A DNA stretch of 64,000 bases from contig CAWBHS010000079.1 of the NCBI GenBank assembly GCA_963788655.1, forward strand, positions 9,411 to 73,410, read 5' to 3'. Positions 13,439-22,977 of this stretch are shown in pieces (position 1 is the stretch's first letter; the number at the start of each line of letters is the position of its first letter). The notes beneath the pieces were generated by a model, which saw only the letters and a program-made list of their open reading frames with translations, did not search any database and had not been told where the DNA came from. The translations under genes and the position numbers were made by a program. The stretch comes from an uncultured Verrucomicrobiae bacterium (GTDB taxonomy: Bacteria > Verrucomicrobiota > Verrucomicrobiia > Limisphaerales > JAFGQR01).

Positions 13439-14532
13439 TGGCCACTTCATCTCCCACCAAAAAACTGCTGATCATCACCGGGAGCAGCGGCCTGATCGGC
13501 ACGCGTTTGCAGCAAGAGCTATCGGGCACCTACCAGGTGTTGGGACTGGACGTCAAACCGTCGCCCCAACCTGTTCCGGGGACCGAATGGCTGGAATGCG
13601 ATCTAACGCAGGACGCCAGCGTGAACGAAACACTGGCGCAGGTCGCGTCAAAATATGGCCGGCAAATTGCCAGTGTCATTCACCTGGCGGCGTATTATGA
13701 TTTCTCCGGCGAACCCAGTCCGTTGTACGACGAGCTGACCGTTCAAGGAACCCGCCGATTGATCGATGGCTTGCAGGATTTTCAGGTGGAACAGTTCGTG
13801 TTCTCCAGCAGTCTGCTCGTCATGAAGCCCGCGGACGATCCGGACCATCGGCTCACCGAAAGCGACGCCACGCAAGCGGAATGGGATTATCCCCGCTCGA
13901 AACTGCAAGCGGAAGCCGTGTTGCATGAACATCGTGGACGTATTCCCATTGTGATTCTCCGGATCGCCGGGGTGTATGATGAAGAGTGCCATTCCCTGCC
14001 GATCAGTCAGCAAATGCGGCGCATCTACGAAAAGCAATTCGAGAGCTTTGTTTTCCCCGGGGACGCCTCGCATGGCCAACCATTTATTCACTTGGACGAT
14101 TTGGTGGCATGTCTGCGTCGCGTCATTATGTTGCAGCGCGAACTGGCCATGTGGGAGACCTTCCTCATCGCGGAACCGGAAGTGATGGGTTATGCCGAGC
14201 TCCAGGAACAATTGGGGCAGTTGATCCACGGCAAGCAATGGCCCACCGTCCGGGTGCCCAAACCGGTGGCCAAAGCCGGCGCCTGGATCAAAGACCAATT
14301 GCCCGGAAACGAATCCTTCATCAAACCGTGGATGGTGGACCGCGCCGACGAACATTATCCGGTGGTCATCCGGCGCGCCCGCGAACGGCTGCGTTGGACG
14401 CCCACTCACCGGTTGTCGCATTCATTGAAGGATATGGCCAATGCGCTCAAAGACCATCCCCAAGCCTGGTACGAAAGCAACCATTTGCCCTGGCCAGACG
14501 AACAGCAAACCGAACGTTCGGCCCGCGTCTAA
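13438..14532 (+). CDS. NAD-dependent epimerase/dehydratase
   Basis: ITGSSGLIG, HLAAYYDF, YPRSK (YxxxK); start overlaps the upstream stop (TAATG). Confidence 0.9.
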   Translation: MATSSPTKKLLIITGSSGLIGTRLQQELSGTYQVLGLDVKPSPQPVPGTEWLECDLTQDASVNETLAQVASKYGRQIASVIHLAAYYDFSGEPSPLYDELTVQGTRRLIDGLQDFQVEQFVFSSSLLVMKPADDPDHRLTESDATQAEWDYPRSKLQAEAVLHEHRGRIPIVILRIAGVYDEECHSLPISQQMRRIYEKQFESFVFPGDASHGQPFIHLDDLVACLRRVIMLQRELAMWETFLIAEPEVMGYAELQEQLGQLIHGKQWPTVRVPKPVAKAGAWIKDQLPGNESFIKPWMVDRADEHYPVVIRRARERLRWTPTHRLSHSLKDMANALKDHPQAWYESNHLPWPDEQQTERSARV

Positions 14533-14557
14533 ACAGAACTGAGCTGCGGATATCTCC

Positions 14558-14746
14558 ATGGAACAACCCGGCAAACAGCACCAGGACCGCATCGAAGAAG
14601 TATGCCCTACCTGCGGCGTCCCGCGTAGCGAATGGCTCACCGAAGGGGTGTCGAAGGCCGGAACCAAGTATTGCTGCGAAGGCTGTGCGCAGGGCACCGG
14701 TTGCATTTGCCAGAAACAAGCAGCCAAGCGGGCGACCGAGCAATAA
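14558..14746 (+). CDS. Small Cys-rich metallothionein-like peptide
   Basis: 62 aa with 7 Cys: CPTC...KYCCEGCAQGTGCIC; 25 bp after the epimerase stop. Confidence 0.65.
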   Translation: MEQPGKQHQDRIEEVCPTCGVPRSEWLTEGVSKAGTKYCCEGCAQGTGCICQKQAAKRATEQ

Positions 14747-14811
14747 GTGTTCTGCGTTGATGCCGCCACCTCTTGAGATAATTCAGCCATCGTTTACCAC
14801 GGGAGTTTTTA

Positions 14812-14904
14812 ATGAAAGCATTTACCCACCAAGACATGCGGTCGTTGATTCAAAGTCAACCGGGACCTTGCGTTTCGATTTACCTGCTTGAAACCGGCTC
14901 TTAG
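14812..14904 (+). pseudogene. 30-codon stub resembling the N-terminus of a baeRF3/baeRF7-like protein
   Basis: GGGAG then ATG; MKAFTHQDMRSLIQSQPGPCVSIYLLETGS*; GPCVSIYL resembles the family's PCVSIYLP motif. Confidence 0.4.
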
Positions 14905-15113
14905 TGGTCCAGGGCATCCATACGATGACGTTCAGGCCCAGCACCACTCAGACAGGGGAATTTCGAGTGCGTTGGGTTCAGGATTTTCACCGACTCAATT
15001 CAGCCGATGACTGATGGTCGATCTACGAACCGAACTTTACATTGTTGCTAGCGGCCACCATCGGGTGGCTGTTCCTTGGCCATGACCACCGGCAAGGACG
15101 GAAGGAATAACTG

Positions 15114-16295
15114 ATGAGACATTACGAATACATCATCATCGGAGGCGGCATGACGGGGGATGCCGCAGTCAGCGGCATTCGAGAGAGCGGCGCCAAGGGC
15201 GAAATCGCCATGTTTACCGCCGAGCGTTATTTGCCTTATGATCGCCCGCCATTGACCAAAGGATTGTGGAAGGATACCGAGGCCAAAGAAATCTGGCGGC
15301 ACACGAAGCAATGGGATGATGTGGATATTCATGTGGGGTCGCACATTGTTTCGGTTGACGCGCGAAATCAAACCATTCGCGCAAAGAACGGCGACGAGTA
15401 CCAGTACGAAAAACTTCTCCTGGCCACGGGCGGAGCGCCCAATCGTTTGCCGATGGATGATCCGGAAGTCATTTATTTTCGTACGTTCGACGATTACCTG
15501 GAACTACGGAAACGCGCGGCGGCGGGTGGCCGTTTTGCCGTTATTGGCGGTGGATTCATCGGTTCGGAAATCGCCGCCGCGCTCGCGTTGAACCAATGCG
15601 AGGTTGTTTTGTTGTTTCCAGAAACAGGCCTCGGCGGGCGGATGTTTCCCGAAAGTCTGGCAACATTTCTCAATGAGTATTATCGCGAAAAAGGGGTGGA
15701 AGTGTTGCCCGGCCAGCGGGTTCAAAGTCTGGTTTCCCAGGGTTCCCAATGGCAGTTGACCACCCAAGTGGGAACGCAACGCACGGTGGATACCGTCGTG
15801 GCGGGCCTGGGCCTAAAACCGCAAATCGAATTGGCCAAACAGGCACGATTGGTTCTGCAAAATGGCATCGAAGTCAATTCCCTGCTCCAAACCAGCGATC
15901 CGCGTATCTATGCCGCCGGCGATGTGGCCGCTTTTGTCCAGCCGGCGCTCAACCGCCGCATTCGTGTCGAACATGAAGACAATGCCAATCACATGGGACG
16001 CCAGGCCGGATTCTCCATGGCTGGACAAAAGGTGGCCTACGGCCATCTCCCCATGTTCTATTCGGACTTGTTCGACTTGGGCTACGAGGCGGTGGGGGAA
16101 GGACACTCCGATCTGGAAACCGTCGAGCATTGGGAAGAACCTTACCGTAAAGGAACCGTCTATTACCTCGAAAACCGGCAAGTGGTGGGGGTGGTGCTCT
16201 GGAATGTTTGGGAACAAGTCGATGCCGCCCGAAACCTCATCGCCCAGCATCAACAGCTACGCCCGGAACAACTCAAAGAACGGTTGCCTGCGTGA
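15114..16295 (+). CDS. FAD-dependent NAD(P)H oxidoreductase (ferredoxin reductase/AIF-like)
   Basis: IIGGGMTG, PYDRPPLTKGLW, LLATGG, IGGGFIGSE, YAAGD, RVEHED, FYSDL. Confidence 0.92.
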   Translation: MRHYEYIIIGGGMTGDAAVSGIRESGAKGEIAMFTAERYLPYDRPPLTKGLWKDTEAKEIWRHTKQWDDVDIHVGSHIVSVDARNQTIRAKNGDEYQYEKLLLATGGAPNRLPMDDPEVIYFRTFDDYLELRKRAAAGGRFAVIGGGFIGSEIAAALALNQCEVVLLFPETGLGGRMFPESLATFLNEYYREKGVEVLPGQRVQSLVSQGSQWQLTTQVGTQRTVDTVVAGLGLKPQIELAKQARLVLQNGIEVNSLLQTSDPRIYAAGDVAAFVQPALNRRIRVEHEDNANHMGRQAGFSMAGQKVAYGHLPMFYSDLFDLGYEAVGEGHSDLETVEHWEEPYRKGTVYYLENRQVVGVVLWNVWEQVDAARNLIAQHQQLRPEQLKERLPA

Positions 16296-16336
16296 GGCCC
16301 GACGGATTCAGACAACTCACAAATGAAAGATAAGCT

Positions 16337-16771
16337 ATGACCAAAGCGCTCATTGATAATCACAAAATCTTGGATGCCCTCAATCAGGATCTGGCGGCGG
16401 AATGGGGTGCCATTCTGCGTTATACCACCCAAGCAGCCCGCGCCACTGGCATTCGCGGCGTCGAGTTCCGCGATTTCCTGCGCAAAGAAATTCAGGACGA
16501 ACTGCGTCACGCCACCTTTCTGAGTGAAGTCATTTCCGATTTGGGCGGCCAACCGACGCGGACGCCGAAAGAATTCGCCGAAACCGACGGCATTGAGTCC
16601 ATGGTGCAGCAAGACCTGATGCTGGAACAGGAAGATGTGGAGCACTATTCGGAACATGCGCGCTGGGCCGAGCAGGCGGGCCACATTGAACTCAAGGTCC
16701 GACTCGAAGAAATGGCGGCCGACGAATCCCGGCATGCCCGGGAATTGAATCGGATCCTCAAAGGTATGTGA
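16337..16771 (+). CDS. Ferritin-like (bacterioferritin-type) protein
   Basis: E...Y, ExxH (DELRH, DESRH) diiron ligand pattern. Confidence 0.85.
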   Translation: MTKALIDNHKILDALNQDLAAEWGAILRYTTQAARATGIRGVEFRDFLRKEIQDELRHATFLSEVISDLGGQPTRTPKEFAETDGIESMVQQDLMLEQEDVEHYSEHARWAEQAGHIELKVRLEEMAADESRHARELNRILKGM

Positions 16772-17022
16772 TGCGCTGGAAACGGTTCGTCGGACCCAGC
16801 GGCGGCGGCGGGCCTCGATTTTCGCCTCACTTGCCAAGGCCATTCTGTTGCTCCTGGCGATTGCGCAATCGCCGGGGAGGTTGCCCAACTTGGCCACGTC
16901 ATTGTGCAATGCGAAACTGGCCATGAGAATCACCCTTGCCGCCAAGCGCGCGACACGACGGTCTGCGACGAGGCCTCAGTTCGGCGGGTTGTGTCGGCAG
17001 ACGGAGGGTGCCTATTATCCTT

Positions 17023-17445
17023 ATGAAAACAATTAGTGTGGCAACCTTTAACACCGTGTCGCCAGCCCAGCGGTTGCAGCGGCGACTGCAACAAGCCGGC
17101 TTTCCCACCGTCATCGAGGATGAATCCAAGCTGGAACGATTCTGGTTCATGTCGGAGCCCCTGGCAGCGATCCACGTGGAGGTGGAACAATCCAAGTATT
17201 TGGCGGCCCGCAAGCTGCTTGCCGAACTGGAGTCCGAGGGCCTCATGCGCGATGCCGTCCGATGTCCCGACTGCGGTTCTTCGCGCGTGGAATTTCCCCA
17301 AATCACGCGCAAGTTTTTCTTGCCGGTGCTGGAAGCTGTCGTGATGGCGCTCCACATTATTCCCCGAAAGTTCTACTGCCGGGATTGTCATTACACGTGG
17401 TTGAAGAGCCGTCCACCGGAACCCGCGCGCGGAGATCTCGCGTGA
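17023..17445 (+). CDS. DUF2007-like protein with zinc ribbon
   Basis: N-terminal A..L...L..AG, then CPDC and CRDC around a hydrophobic stretch. Confidence 0.7.
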   Translation: MKTISVATFNTVSPAQRLQRRLQQAGFPTVIEDESKLERFWFMSEPLAAIHVEVEQSKYLAARKLLAELESEGLMRDAVRCPDCGSSRVEFPQITRKFFLPVLEAVVMALHIIPRKFYCRDCHYTWLKSRPPEPARGDLA

Positions 17446-17606
17446 TCGCTACGTTCACGACAACTGGAATTCACCGATCCGGCCTCGGACGATTGGGGGC
17501 AACGATTCCACCGAACAGGAACTTTAGCGTGAGTCCCAGCCGGCGGCCATCAGCCCGTCGGCAGCCTGGCTTGAGTGTCCAGCGCATGGGCGAAAAGCGA
17601 GGCCGG

Positions 17607-18168
17607 CTAATTGTTTTCCGCCAGCACGATCCGAAAACCGTAAAGGTCATTCCGCATGTGCAGTGGATTGGCCCCAGCCACCGAAGCGGCAATTAATTTC
17701 CAGTTCGGTCGTTGTGCCGGTGCGAAACCCCGTTGATACGTGGCTCCAATCTTTGGTTCCGGTCACGGGCGGCGTTCGCACCTGCTGCAGGTTTTGAATG
17801 TTCAGCAGCGCGCCGACGGCGCCCCGGAGGCTCTTCGTCTTGATCCAGCCGGAAAGACGGTAGAAGGCGTTCGAGGGGACCGTCACCGTGGTCGTCCAGG
17901 CGGCATCGCTTCCTTGCTCCGACTTAATAGCCAGGCACCGCTGGCCAGTGCGTCCTGGTGATTTGACTGTCCAATCGTTTTGCCCACCGCTCCAAGCTCG
18001 AGACTTCCAGCCACGAACGCCGCCCTGCGACGACTCTTCGAAGAGGGGATTGGGAAGCAGATTCGAAGTAACTCGAGCGTTCTGCGCCGACACCGGTTGC
18101 GACATAAGGGCAGACAGCCCAACGAGCATCATTGTGCCGAACCATATTTGCAATGTGTTGCTTGTCAT
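17607..18168 (-). pseudogene. Internally deleted secreted protein: signal peptide plus CBM-like domain joined out of frame to an FGE/SUMF1-type C-terminus
   Basis: NLLPNPLFE...YRLSGWIKT...FGGWGQST ends abruptly. An overlapping frame reads HMRNDLYGFRIVLAENN* (RxxxxGFR). Confidence 0.55.
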
Positions 18169-18246
18169 TGAGAACCGTATCCTGGTTCCGTCTGATCCGA
18201 AAAGTCCCGTCAGGGACTACCGATAATAGCCCAGCGATTCATCGCC

Positions 18247-18322
18247 GGAGCAGCGGACGTGAGTCCGCTCATTCCATCATCTGGAAGCTCAGAAGTCAGA
18301 GCCGACTCACGTCGGCTGCTAC
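18247..18322. repeat. REP-like inverted pair (GTAGCAGCCGACGTGAGTCGGCT family)
   Basis: 18247-18270 vs reverse complement of 18299-18322 match at 21/24; related copies at 12603 and 62504-62572. Confidence 0.75.
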
Positions 18323-18354
18323 CTGGGTTTCCGCTCTGAGTCGTTACGACCCTC

Positions 18355-20487
18355 TTAATATGGATTGCTCGGCATCATGTCCCAAGTCTCCAGCGTCGCC
18401 ACGTTGGCAGGGCCGCCGTTCGAGAAGAGTCTTACGTCCACACTGTCGGTGCGGGACGGGTAAATGCGGCGCATCACGGCCTGGCGACCGTCGTTGGCGA
18501 AAACTTCGACGACGGATTTGTCCACGAAGACGCGGAGCTTGAGCGGTTCGCCGGCCGGCAATTCGAAGGGGCCGGCTTCGATGGTTTTCGGTCCGTCCTC
18601 CAAACTTGACTTGGTGGTATCAACTTTGAGTTTCTTCTCGGCGGCATCGTAATAGACCAACGTCTGTTCTTCACCGCCGGGCGAACAGCAGACCTTGACA
18701 CCGTATTGTTTGGCGCTCGGAGCGTTCATTTCCAGGTCGAGTTCAAGGCTGTTGCCACCGACGCCGTCAATCGCCACTTCCGATTCCGCTTTAACCGCGA
18801 AGTTGGTTTTCTGCTTGGGGTTGTAGCGCAGAAGCTCGATTTCCTTGGGTGGATTCATCCGCAGCGTGCCGTCCGGGGCGAGCGCGAGAACGCGCGGCAG
18901 ACTCATCGTGCCGGACCAGCCGTAGTCCGTCCGCATCTTGAAGCCGGGGCTGTCAAAGATCCACGCCCACATAATGCGGCGGCCGCGGTCATCGAGAAGG
19001 CTCTCCGGGGCGAAGAAGGAATTGTCCACCCAGCTCATTTTTTCGTGGAACGTGGGATGGAATTGTTCGTTCTTCCAGTCACCGAGATAGTAGCGGGCAC
19101 CGAGCCGGTGACTGATGCACAGGAGCATTTGCCGGTCGCCCAACTTGAAGAAGTCCGCGCAGGATACGTCCTCGTTGATCGAGACACCGGGAACGCTGTT
19201 GGCCATGAGGTCGCCGACATATTTCCACTCGCCGGCGAGGCTCGGGGCTTTGGCGATGGCCGGATGCTCTCCGCCGAAGATCGCATAATAGGTGTCACCT
19301 TCGAGCCAGCCGTACGGGTCCCAGGAGCGGTATTTGCCGTGAGCCGAGTCGCCGGGCTGAGTATTGGGCGTGATGGGATTCGAATCGAGCTTCTTCCACT
19401 CGTTCAAGTCGTCGTCGAGAGCAACGGCCATGGCGTTGCCCTGGCCAACTTGGTGATAGCACATTGTCGGGCGGCCTTCTTTGTTGATAAAACAATTGCC
19501 GCTGAACATGCCGGAAACCAGCCCGGTCGGATGGTGCCGCCAATGGAATAGATCGGTGCTGGAGACATGTCCCCAATTGTGGCCGCGCTGGTCCTGGAAA
19601 ATGTAAAGGAGATGATACTGGCCTTTCCAAAAAACGGCGCCGTTGGGATCGAAGGGCATGGCGGTACCTTCGGGAATCACAAAGTGGTAACCCGGTCGGA
19701 ACGGATCGCTGAGCAGTTTCTCGCGGAGGGAGCGGGCGATGGTGTTGACCTCGTTGCCAGCGGTGGCGGTCCGCATGGATTCCAGCGTCTGTTTCGAAGC
19801 CATCAGGAACGCGCCGCTCTGGTCGAGGTGCAACTGGCCATCCGCAACTCTCGCCCCGTTGAAGAGGGTGGTGGCGGGAAAGGTCTGCATCCGGTCCGTC
19901 ACGGCACCGTTTTCAAAATCCCACCACGCGAGCGGCTTGGGATCGGACGGCTGGTTCGGCTTCAGCGCGGCGATCTGCGCGGCACTCAGGGCAACGCCAT
20001 AGATGCGCGCATCGTCGATTGAGCCGGTGAAAAATCGGTTCTCCGGCATCGCGTCCGTATGCCGCAGTCCCATCAAGACTTTGCTGTCGCTCCCAAAGCG
20101 TTCCGCGCCCGCGGCAGGGTAACTGGCATATTGACGACCATTGCGATAGAGGGTGATCTGCCGGTCTTGATACACGATGGCAATCTGGACGAGCGTGTGG
20201 CTGTCCGCCGTTTCCGCCGGGAAATTCTCCTGTTCCTTTTGGGTGCGCTTGAACATATCGCTGCCAGCCATCCATTTGCCGGGCGCAAGTTCGCCCAGCA
20301 CGATGGCGTCAAAGATGCCACCTGGCTTTTCGAGGGTCAGCACGCTGCCGCCGCGCTGCGTCAGGTTCGCCGGAGCGACCCAGGCGACCAGTGTTTTATC
20401 ACGCAACGTCTCGGCACCGGTTACGGACGCAGGGGCAGCGACCGTTATAACCACGCCGGCGAGAAGGATCAGGAGATGGGTTTTCAT
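18355..20487 (-). CDS. Secreted GH32-family glycoside hydrolase with N-terminal LamG-like region
   Basis: Signal peptide; FDPNG, WGH-SS-DL-HW, FSG, WDP, APES, LRVFVDKSVVEVFAN. Confidence 0.88.
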   Translation of the reverse strand: MKTHLLILLAGVVITVAAPASVTGAETLRDKTLVAWVAPANLTQRGGSVLTLEKPGGIFDAIVLGELAPGKWMAGSDMFKRTQKEQENFPAETADSHTLVQIAIVYQDRQITLYRNGRQYASYPAAGAERFGSDSKVLMGLRHTDAMPENRFFTGSIDDARIYGVALSAAQIAALKPNQPSDPKPLAWWDFENGAVTDRMQTFPATTLFNGARVADGQLHLDQSGAFLMASKQTLESMRTATAGNEVNTIARSLREKLLSDPFRPGYHFVIPEGTAMPFDPNGAVFWKGQYHLLYIFQDQRGHNWGHVSSTDLFHWRHHPTGLVSGMFSGNCFINKEGRPTMCYHQVGQGNAMAVALDDDLNEWKKLDSNPITPNTQPGDSAHGKYRSWDPYGWLEGDTYYAIFGGEHPAIAKAPSLAGEWKYVGDLMANSVPGVSINEDVSCADFFKLGDRQMLLCISHRLGARYYLGDWKNEQFHPTFHEKMSWVDNSFFAPESLLDDRGRRIMWAWIFDSPGFKMRTDYGWSGTMSLPRVLALAPDGTLRMNPPKEIELLRYNPKQKTNFAVKAESEVAIDGVGGNSLELDLEMNAPSAKQYGVKVCCSPGGEEQTLVYYDAAEKKLKVDTTKSSLEDGPKTIEAGPFELPAGEPLKLRVFVDKSVVEVFANDGRQAVMRRIYPSRTDSVDVRLFSNGGPANVATLETWDMMPSNPY

Positions 20488-20499
20488 TTGGTTTATGGG

Positions 20500-21819
20500 C
20501 TAGGGCTTCGAATCAGTTTCGCCCACGCAGAACAGTTGACGGTCACCGCGGATTAAAAGCCGGTTCGCCACCGGTACCGGGGAGGCAACGATGCGTTCGC
20601 CCATTGGATTTTCTCCCAGCAACTCAAACTTCTCCCCCACCCTGGCCGCGAAGACGACGCCGTCTTCTCGCGCGGCATAGAGCATCCCGCCGGCAATGAC
20701 CGGTGACGCATAGTATGGGGCTCGGTTCTCTGGGAAAGCACCGCTCCAGACCGTTTTGCCGTTGGCCGGGTCGAGGCAGACCACCGCCCCGCGATGCCGC
20801 AACAAGTACACCCGGCCGGCGTAGGCGGCGGGGCTGGTGACAAAAACTCCCATGTCCTCGCGTTTCCAGACGCGGTGCGTGGCCGTCACATCCCCGTGGC
20901 CGCCGAGTTTGATGCCGTGAATCCGCGCTTGTCGCGGACGATCATCGCGGCCGACGGGTACGATCACCATGTCGCCGGCGATCACGGGGCTGGCGATGGC
21001 CGGCCAATAGCCCGTCCCGTCCGGATTGAATCCGCCGCAGGACCACAACAATTTGCCGTTCGCGGCGTCGTGAGCAGTTAGATGATCCGCACCCCAGATC
21101 AACAGGGTGAATTGACCATCGTGCGAAAAGAGCAGCGGCGTGGAATAGCCCTGGTCATTCTCGACCGGCGTCTTGAAATTCCGTGCCTCCCGCCAGCGCA
21201 TTTCTCCGGTGGCCTTGTCGAAACCGGCGAGCCACGATTCTCCATCATGCATCCGGACCATGATCACATGCTGGTCGGTGACCACCGGAGAAGTGCCCTG
21301 GTCCCAGAACCGTTTTTCCTGACCGAAACGCTCCACCAAATTGATCTGCCAGCGCACCGTCCCATCGAACTCCAGCGCCGCGAAATTGCCGCTCCGGAAA
21401 TAGACAAACAGGCCCTGGCCATCGGTGACTGGGGAGGCATTGGCGCTCGATCCCAGCGTCTGATGTTTGGGTCGGCTCATAGGCCCGAGCTTTGTCTGCC
21501 ACAACTGCCGGCCCGAGAAATCAAAAGCCAGGACCGCATCCTGTCCCTCAGCCGGTCCGGTCAAGTAAATACGCTGGTGGTGAACAATGGGCGTGGAGCC
21601 GCCCTTGCCCGGCAGCGTCACCTTCCAGAGGACATTGGCCGCATCCCATTTGACCGGATACTTCCCGGTTCCAATGCTGCCGTTATCCTCCGGACCGCGC
21701 CAACTCGGCCATTCACCCAAGCCAGCCGCCATCGTCGCAGCGGCGATGAACAACAGAAGACTGGCACTCGGAATGAAGTGCGCGTTGCCTCGTGATTTTG
21801 AGCGGATAAAAGTCTGCAT
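20500..21819 (-). CDS. PQQ-binding-like beta-propeller protein
   Basis: Signal peptide, WPSWRGP, repeated SP/G...W blades. Confidence 0.88.
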   Translation of the reverse strand: MQTFIRSKSRGNAHFIPSASLLLFIAAATMAAGLGEWPSWRGPEDNGSIGTGKYPVKWDAANVLWKVTLPGKGGSTPIVHHQRIYLTGPAEGQDAVLAFDFSGRQLWQTKLGPMSRPKHQTLGSSANASPVTDGQGLFVYFRSGNFAALEFDGTVRWQINLVERFGQEKRFWDQGTSPVVTDQHVIMVRMHDGESWLAGFDKATGEMRWREARNFKTPVENDQGYSTPLLFSHDGQFTLLIWGADHLTAHDAANGKLLWSCGGFNPDGTGYWPAIASPVIAGDMVIVPVGRDDRPRQARIHGIKLGGHGDVTATHRVWKREDMGVFVTSPAAYAGRVYLLRHRGAVVCLDPANGKTVWSGAFPENRAPYYASPVIAGGMLYAAREDGVVFAARVGEKFELLGENPMGERIVASPVPVANRLLIRGDRQLFCVGETDSKP

Positions 21820-21990
21820 GGTTTTTGAACGAAGAGAGTCGGGGTTGCGACAACGGCTGTCCAGTTCAGAGAATCTCGAAAATGGCCATCGAGGCAAGCG
21901 TCTGGCTGTCCGCAGTTTCTTGCGGATTGTTGAAATGTGTAGGAACGGTGCAAGCCAGCTTGAACGAGCCCACAAGCAAGGCAGCGCCGC

Positions 21991-22668
21991 TCATCCGCAC
22001 AAATCCGCCACGGCCACTTGCTCCAATGACGCAACCAGCCAGTCCGGACGATGCGATTCAAGTTCGGCATAACTCGATCCGCCCGTGGCCACGGCGAGCA
22101 CTTTGGCATCAATCGCCCGGCCGCAAGCAACATCATTGGGGGTGTCGCCCACCACCAGCACTTCTTCCCCCCGCAGCCGGCAGCCGAGCAACTGCGAGCT
22201 CCGCTCCAGGGCCACGACCGCCAATTGGTTGCGGTCTTCGTGATCATCACCAAACGCTCCGGTCCGAAACGAATCCCACAAAGGGTAATGCGTCAGCTTG
22301 ATTTGGGCTCCCAGGCGAATGTTGCCGGTGAGCAGGCCGACCACCGGCGGTTGGGTGTGCGCTCCCAACGACTGAATTAGCTCCACCGCTCCCGGCAGCA
22401 CACACCCGGCGTGCTGCCCGATCAAGTGGTCCAGCCAAAACACATAACTATCATAGAAGTGTTGGAAATTCTCCGCGCTGGGCGTGATGTCGTGCTGCCC
22501 GAAGATATCGCGGACAATCGAGCTATCGGTACGACCGGCAAAGTTCAACGCCGTCGCGCCGTTGGGGATATTGAAGGCCGATTCGCAGGCGCGATCAAAC
22601 GCCCGTTGGCCCGCTCCCCCGGTGCGGATGAGCGTGCCGTCAATATCGAACAAAACCAAACGAATCAT
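21991..22668 (-). CDS. HAD-family hydrolase
   Basis: LFDIDGTL, LTGN, VGDTPND. Confidence 0.92.
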   Translation of the reverse strand: MIRLVLFDIDGTLIRTGGAGQRAFDRACESAFNIPNGATALNFAGRTDSSIVRDIFGQHDITPSAENFQHFYDSYVFWLDHLIGQHAGCVLPGAVELIQSLGAHTQPPVVGLLTGNIRLGAQIKLTHYPLWDSFRTGAFGDDHEDRNQLAVVALERSSQLLGCRLRGEEVLVVGDTPNDVACGRAIDAKVLAVATGGSSYAELESHRPDWLVASLEQVAVADLCG

Positions 22669-22977
22669 GATGCGACAAACCTTAGGCAAAATGCCCTTCG
22701 GGCGCAATTCTGTCGTCGCTTCATGAACTTTCCGACGACCGCTACCATGTTGGCTTCCGCGTCGTCCTGGCGTTGGGATCAGACTCCCCAGACTAATGAC
22801 CGCCCCCGGCCATTCGGGTTAGGAAGACGGCAAATCCCCGGTTTGACTGGAAGTTGATTTGGACGATCACGAATCCAAGCAAACCTTGCCTTCCGGCAGA
22901 TCTGTTGCTCCAATGCGCGGACTGATATCCCGATGATACCCGGCAGCGACCAAACTGAAACCGTTCCCGGCAAGGCC

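Noticed and set aside
22800..22900. Riboswitch upstream of the carbamoyltransferase
   Set aside because: GGCAAA is present, but the rest of a c-di-GMP-I or other aptamer consensus could not be matched.
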